From Gemmatimonadaceae bacterium (GTDB lineage: Bacteria > Gemmatimonadota > Gemmatimonadetes > Gemmatimonadales > Gemmatimonadaceae), in the NCBI GenBank assembly GCA_051859245.1, contig JBHYGA010000001.1, forward strand, positions 544,001 through 608,000: DNA of 64,000 nt. Direction: 5' to 3'. Below are positions 56,534-64,000 of this stretch, one piece after another. Within the stretch, counting starts at the first letter, position 1. Each line of letters starts with the position of its first letter. Made by a program: the position numbers and the translations under genes. The notes beneath the pieces are model-generated. The model did not search any database. It worked only from the letters and a program-made list of their open reading frames with translations, and was not told the DNA's origin.

Positions 56534-58444
56534 ATGCCCGGATCTGACATCGCTCGGCTGCAGCTGCTCGAAGCCGCCATAGAAACCACGGGTTCTGTGG
56601 TGCTGGCCCTTCGTCCCGACCACACGATTTTTTTCTGGAACCGTGAAGCGGAGTTGTTGTACGGGCTGACCCGCGACGAAGCGTACGGCAAAGACTATGT
56701 CGCAACGTTTATCGCGCCGGAGCAGCGCGACGCGATCGCCGCGGACATTCGGAAAGTGCTGGCCGGCGAGCCGACGTGGAATTTTGAAGACGACTCGCTT
56801 CTCGCTGACGGACGTCGTGTCACGCTGGTGTGGAATGTGCGCCGTGTGGTGGGCGATGATGGTGTGCCGTTCGGCATCGTGGCCGCGGGCTTCGATGTAA
56901 CGGCGAGAAAAGAGGCGGAACTCAAGTTCCGGTTGGTGTGGGATCAGTCGACGGAAGGACTGCTGATTGGTGGTGGCCCCGGCATTGTGGATTGCAATCC
57001 GGCGGCGCTGCAAATGCTCGGTCTCACGGATCGTTCGCAACTGATTGGGCGTCATCCGATGGAGTTCTCGCCTGAGCTGCAGCCTGATGGCGTGCCCTCG
57101 CGCACCAAAGCGCGTGCCATGGATTCACTCACGGCGAAGCGCGGCGAACTGCGCTTTGATTGGATGCATGAACGGCTGGACGGCACGCCCGTTCCCACAT
57201 CCGTGCACGTGCGACGCGCTGTGCTGAACGGTCGGATGGTGACCGTCATTGCATGGATTGATCGCACGGAACAGCACGCCATGGAACAGCGGGAAGCGGC
57301 GCTCAACGCGCGCATGCTGCGCGGACAAAAACTTGATGCGCTTGGTCATCTCGCGGGCGGCATTGCGCACGACTTCAACAACCTCTTGTCGGCCATTCGC
57401 GGCAGTCTGGAGTTGGCACAGCTCGATGTGCCCGCAAGCTCGCCTGCGTCCGCTGAACTGGCCGTGGCGCTCGACACCACGGTGCACGCCGCCAGTCTGG
57501 TTCGACAACTGCTCACGTTCGGTCGACATGGTGAGACAACACGTACAACGATCGATTTGCGCGATCACGTGTTGCAGTCCGAGCGTTTGCTGCGGCGACT
57601 GTTGCGCGCGGACACCACGCTCACGCTGGAGCTCGCGCCGAACGCGCTGTACGTCTCTGGAGATAAGAGTCAACTGGAGCAGGTGCTGGTAAACCTGGTC
57701 GTGAACGCGCGTGACGCGGTCAGTGAAGGTGGCACCATTGTGATTCGTCTTTCACGTGGCGGCGGCGACAACGCGCCGTTCGCGCGGCTCGAGGTGAGTG
57801 ACAACGGCCCTGGCATGCCGGCAGAGGTACTGGATCGTGTGTTCGATCCGTTTTTTACGACCAAGCCGGTGGGCGCCGGAACCGGTCTCGGCTTGAGTGT
57901 GGTGTACGGCGTGGTCTCGGCGCACGACGGCCTTGTGCACATTGATAGTACGATCGGGCAGGGCACGACCGTGCGCGTGGACCTGCCGTTGTGCGCGGAG
58001 CCCGCGCCGCTTGTCGAACGCGCCCAAGAGGTCGATGCATCAGCAGCGGCCGAGCAGCAGCGTACAACACACGGTGAACTGGTGTTGTTGGTGGAAGACG
58101 AGGCCGCCGTGCGTCGCACCGTGCAGCGTTTGCTGGAGCACGCGGGCTACACGGTGATTGCGGCAACGCATGGTGCGGAAGCCCTCACCATGTGGCACGC
58201 TCGTTCGGCCGATGTACGCGTGGTGTTGAGCGACGTCCGCATGCCTGTGATGAGCGGACCGGAGTTTGTGCGGCAGCTTCGGGTGGCCGGATCGCGGCTG
58301 CCCGTGGTGCTCATGTCGGGCTTTGCCGATGCGGAGCTGACGCGCTCGTTGCCGCCGGGCGTTCGCGAACTCTTGCAGAAGCCGTTTGCAACCGCCGAGC
58401 TGTTTCGAGCGGTTCGAGAAGCCCTCGCTGCTCGAAGCGAATGA
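56534..58444 (+). CDS. Cytoplasmic PAS-PAS hybrid histidine kinase/receiver (CckA-like)
   Basis: Two PAS domains; GIAHDFNN, NLVVNARDA, DNGPGM, FDPFFTTK, GTGLGL; receiver. Confidence 0.94.
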   Translation: MPGSDIARLQLLEAAIETTGSVVLALRPDHTIFFWNREAELLYGLTRDEAYGKDYVATFIAPEQRDAIAADIRKVLAGEPTWNFEDDSLLADGRRVTLVWNVRRVVGDDGVPFGIVAAGFDVTARKEAELKFRLVWDQSTEGLLIGGGPGIVDCNPAALQMLGLTDRSQLIGRHPMEFSPELQPDGVPSRTKARAMDSLTAKRGELRFDWMHERLDGTPVPTSVHVRRAVLNGRMVTVIAWIDRTEQHAMEQREAALNARMLRGQKLDALGHLAGGIAHDFNNLLSAIRGSLELAQLDVPASSPASAELAVALDTTVHAASLVRQLLTFGRHGETTRTTIDLRDHVLQSERLLRRLLRADTTLTLELAPNALYVSGDKSQLEQVLVNLVVNARDAVSEGGTIVIRLSRGGGDNAPFARLEVSDNGPGMPAEVLDRVFDPFFTTKPVGAGTGLGLSVVYGVVSAHDGLVHIDSTIGQGTTVRVDLPLCAEPAPLVERAQEVDASAAAEQQRTTHGELVLLVEDEAAVRRTVQRLLEHAGYTVIAATHGAEALTMWHARSADVRVVLSDVRMPVMSGPEFVRQLRVAGSRLPVVLMSGFADAELTRSLPPGVRELLQKPFATAELFRAVREALAARSE

Positions 58445-58448
58445 GGGG

Positions 58449-58478
58449 TTGCAGAGGGCGGGCGGAGGTGGATATGAT
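58449..58478 (+). promoter_or_regulatory. Sigma70-type promoter TTGCAG-N18-TATGAT for tRNA-Gln
   Basis: Hexamers at 58449-58454 and 58473-58478, 40 nt before the tRNA. Confidence 0.6.
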
Positions 58479-58518
58479 TCGGGGTCTGCTCCGGGGCGCT
58501 GTGCCGGTGCAAACACGC

Positions 58519-58591
58519 TGCCCCTTGGTGTAACTGGCAACACGCCTCACTCTGGATGAGGAGAGTCTAGGTTCGAGCCCTAGAGGGGCAA
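58519..58591 (+). tRNA. tRNA-Gln(CTG), CCA not encoded
   Basis: TGCCCCT/AGGGGCA acceptor (U1-A72); anticodon arm CCTCA-CTCTGGA-TGAGG; GGTTCGAG T loop. Confidence 0.96.
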
Positions 58592-58623
58592 CTTAGCAGC
58601 GTTTCTAAAAGATCAGCTTCAAG

Positions 58624-58658
58624 AACGGGCGCCCTCGCAAGGGTGCCCGTTTTGTTTT
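58624..58658 (+). terminator. Intrinsic terminator after tRNA-Gln
   Basis: AACGGGCGCCCT-cgca-AGGGTGCCCGTT followed by TTGTTTT. Confidence 0.85.
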
Positions 58659-58845
58659 GCGGTTCACTGACGTGCGGGTCGGCGCAAGTCTCGATGAGCG
58701 CTGAATACGTCATGAAACCGCCAGAGGTACGTCGAAGTGGAATCGGGCGTACGTCGAACAACGGATGGGGACGAGGATCCGGCACCGCGATGATGGAGGC
58801 GCGCGGAAGAGCCGCGCGATTCTCACTCACCGTTGGAGGTGTGCC

Positions 58846-60114
58846 ATGTCGTTCCGTTCTCGCGCCTTTGCCCTCGCCGCTGTGTCGTCGTTTGCCGTTG
58901 GCTGCTCGGACTCGCCCGCGCCGGCTGAGCCAATCGCTGCGCCAAGGGCCAGCGCCGCACCGGCTCCTGCCGGGCTCTTTCACCGCTTCGTGTCCATCGG
59001 GACCAGCATCAGCATGGGCTGGCAGTCTGATGGTGTGGTTGGAAGCGGCCAGGCGGAGTCGTGGACCGTGCAACTCGCAGCGCTCGCGGGTCGTGATCAG
59101 ACCCAGCCACGGCTTCAGGAAACGGGATGTAAAGCGCCCCTCATGGCGCCGCTTGCACTCGGGATACGCACGAGTGGTGAAGGAGCCGCGGTGGCCGACG
59201 CAGCCGCTGCGTGTTCTGCGCTCGAGCCCGGCGTGACACTGCCTGCGCAAAGCGTGGCGATTGCTTCGGCAACAACGGCCGACGCGCTCAACACCACGCC
59301 CGAATCGAACACGCACCCGTTGTTCAGCCGGTTGTATTCGCGCGTGTTGCCATCAGGCACGACGCAGCTTCAGGCCGCACTCGCGCAGAAGCCCAAGTTC
59401 ATTTCGGTTGAGCTTGGCGGTAATGAAGTGCTGAACGCCCGGTCTGGTATCGCCATTCCCGGTGTGACCATTACGCCGTACGCCGTGTGGGCGCAGCAGT
59501 ACGAAACACTCATCGCCCAGGTGGCTGCTGAAGTCGATCGCGGTGTGTTGATGGGACTGATCAACGACGCCGCAGATTTTCCGGGATTCCGCCGTGGCGC
59601 AGAGATCTGGAATGATCGCCTCCGAATGGGCGCCTTGCATGTTGCGGTGGATCAGAACTGTGCGAACAGTCAGAACCTGATCTTTGTCCCGGTGCGTGTA
59701 CCAACGGCCGTTGCCATGGGCGCAGCGTCAAAGGCAAATCAAGGGCCGATGGTCCCCTTCACCTGCGCCGACTTTGGCCTTGGCGTGCAGGACTTCGTAC
59801 TGACGCCTGGCGACGTCACGCTCGTGAACACGCAGCTGGCGCAGATGAATGCATTCATCGCCGCGAAAGCCGAGCAGATTGGCTTTGCCTACGTTCCTCT
59901 CGAAGCGTTGTACGGCCGCGCCGATCTCAAGCCGGATTTCAACGCGATTGCACTGATGACGGGAACGCAGCCGTACGGTCCGTACATCAGTCTCGATGGC
60001 ATTCATCCCAATGGTGCCGGTCACACGGTACTCGCGGGCGCTGCGGCTAGCGCGATTAACGCCCGCTACGGGTTGGCGATTCCGAAGTCGCGCGCGTGGA
60101 TGGCGTTTCGCTGA
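58846..60114 (+). CDS. SGNH/GDSL hydrolase-like lipoprotein
   Basis: SD GGAGGT, lipobox AVGC, block I IGTSIS, LGGNE, DGIHPN. Confidence 0.82.
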   Translation: MSFRSRAFALAAVSSFAVGCSDSPAPAEPIAAPRASAAPAPAGLFHRFVSIGTSISMGWQSDGVVGSGQAESWTVQLAALAGRDQTQPRLQETGCKAPLMAPLALGIRTSGEGAAVADAAAACSALEPGVTLPAQSVAIASATTADALNTTPESNTHPLFSRLYSRVLPSGTTQLQAALAQKPKFISVELGGNEVLNARSGIAIPGVTITPYAVWAQQYETLIAQVAAEVDRGVLMGLINDAADFPGFRRGAEIWNDRLRMGALHVAVDQNCANSQNLIFVPVRVPTAVAMGAASKANQGPMVPFTCADFGLGVQDFVLTPGDVTLVNTQLAQMNAFIAAKAEQIGFAYVPLEALYGRADLKPDFNAIALMTGTQPYGPYISLDGIHPNGAGHTVLAGAAASAINARYGLAIPKSRAWMAFR

Positions 60115-60152
60115 ACATCAGTAGTGCGGTGGTCACATCGTTACGTCACGAT

Positions 60153-63100
60153 TTACCGCCACCGTTCGGACAGCAGGGGATCGTCTCGCATCAGATCGGC
60201 CAACGCGCCGCGCGAGTCGATCCCCAGCTTCTCGAAAATGTTTGACAAGTGTGTGCTGACAGTGCGTGCTGAGATATCGAGCGACGCACCTATCTCCTTG
60301 TTCGACAGTCGGTTCGCTACGGCGCGCGCAATTTCGAGCTCGCGTCCGGTCAGTGATCCTGCACCTTGCACGGTGGTGCGTGGCGGCAAGCGCACACCGA
60401 GCGAACGCAGCTGGCTGCGCGCACTGCGGAGTTCGAACTCCGCGCCAAGACCCGCGAAGACATCGTGTGCGCGACGCAGTTCGCGCACCGCCGAAGTTGC
60501 GTCACCGTCTTCTTCGAGCAGTTGCGCCGCTTTGCGCCGCAGACGTGCGGCGTGAAAGACAAACGGCACGGCATCAAGTTCATCCGCAGCCGCCAGGATG
60601 CGTTCGGCAGCGTCGGCGCTGTTATCGCGAAGCCGCGCCACGAGTGCGTCGGCGGCGGTGGCCCACGCCAGCCCCAGTCGATGTCCCAGCCCCTCAGACT
60701 GCACACGCAAACGCTGCGCGAGTTGTTCCACGCGATCGAAGTTTTGCATCCATAGTCCCGCTTCCAGAATGAGCGGGATCAATCGGTGAATCGCCCACGC
60801 CACATAGCCAAACCGATCGGCCAGCGCGAGGCCGCGGTCACCGTATCTGACCGCGTGCGTCCACGCGCCACGAGCGAGCCAGTAGCTGCTCATACCCGTG
60901 TGTGCGAGAATGACGTTGTGCACGTTGTCGAGCTCGATGCCGCTGTCATCTTCCCCCACAAACGCGCGCTCGGCACCAGTAATGCGCCACGCTTCTTCGA
61001 ACAGGGCGCGTGCGCGTTCGGTCTCATCGCGCGCCAGCACCATCACCCCCGTCCACACCAACAACCGCGGGAGCAGTGATTGTGGAGCGACGGCGCGTGC
61101 AAGTGGAATCATGCGCTCGGCGAGCGCGATGCCGTCGTCCCATCGTCCAACAGCAGACGCGTGTTCGATGGTGATCTCGGCCGTCATCGCCTGCAACAAA
61201 GGTGATGACAGTTCGTCGGCCAGTCGAGCGGCTTCGCGCTGATGGCGTGCGGCGCCGGCGGCGTCACCGGTGAAGCCTTCGAGCATCGCCATCGCCCAGT
61301 GCGCGGCCCACTCCACTTCACGATCGCCGCTGGAAATTGACAGCTGCAGCGCGCGAGCGCCGTGGGAGCGGGCCTCGGATGCGGGACCCGTCCATGCGTA
61401 CAACTGCAGGAGCGTCTGGTGGACACGCGCACGCAACGCGTCTTCTCCGCTGCGCTCGGCCATCGGCAACGCCTCCAGCGCGGTGCCGATGGCCTGCTCG
61501 TGTCGACCGAGCGATTGCAGTGTTTTAGCGCGGGCAACCGAAATACGAACGCTCAGTGCGGTTCGTTCTTCGGCGCTCGCCGCGGCTTCGGCTTGTTCGA
61601 GTCGATCGAGGCCCGCGTGTGCATCGCCGGCGCGCGCGTACTCCTGTCCAAGCTGAAAGAGCAGCCGCGCGTGCGACGACTGGCCCGTCGCCGCTTCCTG
61701 CATGCCGAGTGCGCGTTCCCACGCCTGGATTGCACCGGCACTGTCACCGAGTCGCTGTCGTGCCGTGCCGAGTTGATCCAGCAATGTCGCCGTCGCCAAT
61801 GCATCGTGCAGTCGTTCGGCGATCGCGAGTGCGTCGCTGAGCCATCGCACGGCTTCCTGGTCGGCGCGTCGTTGCAGCGCGTCCTGTCCGGCGGCGGTGA
61901 GATAGCGCAGCGCGCGCACATCACCGCCGAGCTCGTGGCCACGCACGAGATGCCGCGCGATTTCACTGGCGTGCGCCACGGTGCGTTCACCGTGCACCTC
62001 TTCAAGCGCCGTGGCCAGTGCGGCGTGCAGTGCGCGCTCGCGTGCCGCAGACAGTTCGCCTGCGGTGAGTGACTGAAGAATGGGATGATTAAACTCGTAC
62101 AGCGCACTTCCGTTGACCCGCTGTTCAGAAAAGAAGCGGCGCTGGCACAGTTCATCAATCGCGTCGGCGAAGGTCACGCCGTCAAACGTACTCACGCGTT
62201 CAAGCAGCGAAAGCGATGCGGGCCCTTCCACCAATGACGCGTACTCGGCGATGCGACGTGCGTTCGGACTCAGCGCCTCCAGACGCGTGAGTACGGCGTC
62301 GCGAATGGTGGAGGGAAGTTGTGCGAGCGACGTGATCTCCACGTTCCACGCGCCGTTGTGCTGCTGAATGCGACCGGTGGCCACCAGTGCTTTCAGGGTT
62401 TCTTCCACGAAGAAGGGATTGCCGCGTGTATGATCGAACAGCGCCCGGGCGTGCATTGAGGCGTGATCGGCCGGGAGTGCGAACGTGCGCTGCAGCAACT
62501 CCGTGAGGTCATGGTGGGTGAGCGGCTCAATGGTGCGCAGCGTGGCTTCCGGTGTGGCACTCAACGAGCGCACCACGTTGCGCAACGCGGCGTTTTCTTC
62601 GGCGCCGCCCTCGGGATACGCAAGCACGATCAGTACGCGCGCGGTGGAGAGCTGCCTCGCGATGAAGTGCACCAACTCCAGCGACGAGGGATCGGCCCAG
62701 TGCGCATTGTCGAGCACGAGCAGCAATGGCTGGCGTGCGGCCGAGCGCGTGAGGAACTGCGACACGATCCAGAGCAGACGTGCCTTACCGTCGGTGTCCA
62801 TCACCGATGGCGGGCGCGACGTGGAGTGTGTGCCCGGGAAGACGGGCATAATGGCGCGGAGCTCGTCTTCCGTGCCGCGCGCGAGCACGGTGACGGCGCT
62901 GGGGTCGAGGGCGCGCAGCGGTGCCGACAACGCGTCTGCAAACGCGCCGTACGGCACGCCCGATTCCACGCTGTACCCTCGGCCGCCGGCGACCTGCATC
63001 TGGCGCGCCTCCGCTTCGTCGACCAACGCGGAGAGCAATCGGGATTTGCCGATACCGGCGTCGCCGGTGAGCAGCAGCGTGTGCCCGCGGCCGTCGAGCG

Positions 63101-63212
63101 CGTCATCAAGGAGCAGCCGCAGCACCCCCATGTCGGCGCGACGACCAACCATGGGCAGTTGTTCGCCCCACGGAAGCGTGAGGGCGTCAGGTCGCGGGGA
63201 CCGCAGAGCCAT
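60153..63212 (-). CDS. STAND AAA ATPase-TPR-LuxR HTH regulator (MalT/LAL-like)
   Basis: VGR, GDAGIGKS, LVLDNAHWAD, GNPF, helical repeats, C-terminal 'LTGRELEI...NKEIG...RTVSTHLSNIFEKLG'. Confidence 0.93.
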   Translation of the reverse strand: MALRSPRPDALTLPWGEQLPMVGRRADMGVLRLLLDDALDGRGHTLLLTGDAGIGKSRLLSALVDEAEARQMQVAGGRGYSVESGVPYGAFADALSAPLRALDPSAVTVLARGTEDELRAIMPVFPGTHSTSRPPSVMDTDGKARLLWIVSQFLTRSAARQPLLLVLDNAHWADPSSLELVHFIARQLSTARVLIVLAYPEGGAEENAALRNVVRSLSATPEATLRTIEPLTHHDLTELLQRTFALPADHASMHARALFDHTRGNPFFVEETLKALVATGRIQQHNGAWNVEITSLAQLPSTIRDAVLTRLEALSPNARRIAEYASLVEGPASLSLLERVSTFDGVTFADAIDELCQRRFFSEQRVNGSALYEFNHPILQSLTAGELSAARERALHAALATALEEVHGERTVAHASEIARHLVRGHELGGDVRALRYLTAAGQDALQRRADQEAVRWLSDALAIAERLHDALATATLLDQLGTARQRLGDSAGAIQAWERALGMQEAATGQSSHARLLFQLGQEYARAGDAHAGLDRLEQAEAAASAEERTALSVRISVARAKTLQSLGRHEQAIGTALEALPMAERSGEDALRARVHQTLLQLYAWTGPASEARSHGARALQLSISSGDREVEWAAHWAMAMLEGFTGDAAGAARHQREAARLADELSSPLLQAMTAEITIEHASAVGRWDDGIALAERMIPLARAVAPQSLLPRLLVWTGVMVLARDETERARALFEEAWRITGAERAFVGEDDSGIELDNVHNVILAHTGMSSYWLARGAWTHAVRYGDRGLALADRFGYVAWAIHRLIPLILEAGLWMQNFDRVEQLAQRLRVQSEGLGHRLGLAWATAADALVARLRDNSADAAERILAAADELDAVPFVFHAARLRRKAAQLLEEDGDATSAVRELRRAHDVFAGLGAEFELRSARSQLRSLGVRLPPRTTVQGAGSLTGRELEIARAVANRLSNKEIGASLDISARTVSTHLSNIFEKLGIDSRGALADLMRDDPLLSERWR

Positions 63213-63367
63213 AAGAGCACCGTGCCTCGTGTCAGGGTGCCCAATTATCCGCCCATCAGAGATGAATCGCTACCCCGTCGAACTCAGCGATTGGCTCGGG
63301 TACGCAAAACGGCCCGGCATGCGCGCGTGAACGGGCAGGCCGGGCCGTTTGTCCATCGAGAGACGAC

Positions 63368-63805
63368 TCAGGGGACCTTGAGAATCTCACGGACCGAGTC
63401 ATCAAGATCGCTGGTGGCGATGTATCCGATCGCTCCGGGCGACTTCTTTATCAGCTCTTTCACGGCGGCAGCATCGGCGCCCTTTTTCGGTGCGGCGCCT
63501 TGGCCGGACAACGCCAGCTTCGTCCACTGCGAGCGCACGAGTGCGGTGGGCTTCTTCACCACTTTGGCAAAGAACTTTTGCGTGAGTACGGCGTCGCCGT
63601 GCTCAATGATCTGCGCCTTGGTTCCATCGGGCCACGTGGTGCTGGCGCCGGCGAAGATTTCGGCGATTTCCTGTTCGCTCAGCGATTTGGTTTGTGAAGC
63701 GGACACCACCACACTGATCTGCGCCGAAGCGCTGCGTGCGAAAAGCGGCGTGGCAACAGCCACCAGCGCGATCATCGCACAACGGGTAAAAGCACGAAGC
63801 GTCAT
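63368..63805 (-). CDS. Small secreted PBP-like protein (short phosphate-binding-protein-like family)
   Basis: Signal peptide; 'VVV...EIFAG...WPDG', 'PGAIGYI'. Confidence 0.75.
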   Translation of the reverse strand: MTLRAFTRCAMIALVAVATPLFARSASAQISVVVSASQTKSLSEQEIAEIFAGASTTWPDGTKAQIIEHGDAVLTQKFFAKVVKKPTALVRSQWTKLALSGQGAAPKKGADAAAVKELIKKSPGAIGYIATSDLDDSVREILKVP

Positions 63806-63820
63806 GTGTTGTGCTCCCGT

Positions 63821-64000
63821 TTAGAGGCCAAAGGCGTACGAGAGATCAAAGCGGAGCTCGGGATAGCTGACCGTGCGTCCGAGGAATTTGTACCGATGAA
63901 TACTGGCGTCCACTTTGAACGCGACCTGCGGAACAGGACGGTAGAGAATTCCCGCAGTCCCCTTGTTGAAGACCCCGTCGTCTGCCACGCCGGCTTCTGC
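63821..64000 (-). CDS. C-terminus of a probable outer-membrane beta-barrel/porin (partial)
   Basis: Read by hand: ...GTAGILYRPVPQVAFKVDASIHRYKF...ELRFDLSYAFGL*, alternating beta-strand pattern. Confidence 0.6.
   Translation of the reverse strand, partial: AEAGVADDGVFNKGTAGILYRPVPQVAFKVDASIHRYKFLGRTVSYPELRFDLSYAFGL

Noticed and set aside
54755..58591. Genomic island integrated at tRNA-Ala or tRNA-Gln
   Set aside because: No integrase, no duplicated tRNA 3' end seen and no obvious compositional shift
62463..63824. 453-aa plus-strand ORF
   Set aside because: Antisense to the LuxR regulator and the PBP-like gene

Overview
GC-rich, gene-dense chromosomal window with about 56 CDS (two cut by the window ends) and two tRNAs (Ala-CGC, Gln-CTG). 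I found no integrase, transposase, phage gene or CRISPR array. The gene repertoire (ECF sigma/Ser-Thr kinase pair, PEP-CTERM protein, DUF4097 pair, propeller and lipoproteins) resembles Gemmatimonadota; this taxonomy is inference. Most genes are housekeeping, envelope or stress functions: YtrA-type GntR-ABC operon, two ECF modules, imuA-like gene, mntH-usp-mntR, glgB, ugd, mgtE, rnz, class II photolyase, hybrid kinase and STAND-LuxR regulator. Main candidates for a second look: (1) a MacB/LolC-type ABC operon (33259-37584) in which one permease seems split into two genes, the N-half fused to a lipocalin/AttH-CrtC-like domain and the C-half carrying its own signal peptide; (2) a coupled type IIG-like adenine methyltransferase plus SNF2 helicase pair with no recognisable nuclease (18563-24041); (3) cis signals, including a recurring leaderless promoter layout, YtrA and MntR operators, a candidate SOS box, a 22-bp-phased repeat array near the STAND-LuxR gene, and a terminator-like hairpin between a promoter and tRNA-Ala. 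Product calls come from motif recognition by eye, not database searches, and several start codons were moved relative to the ORF track.
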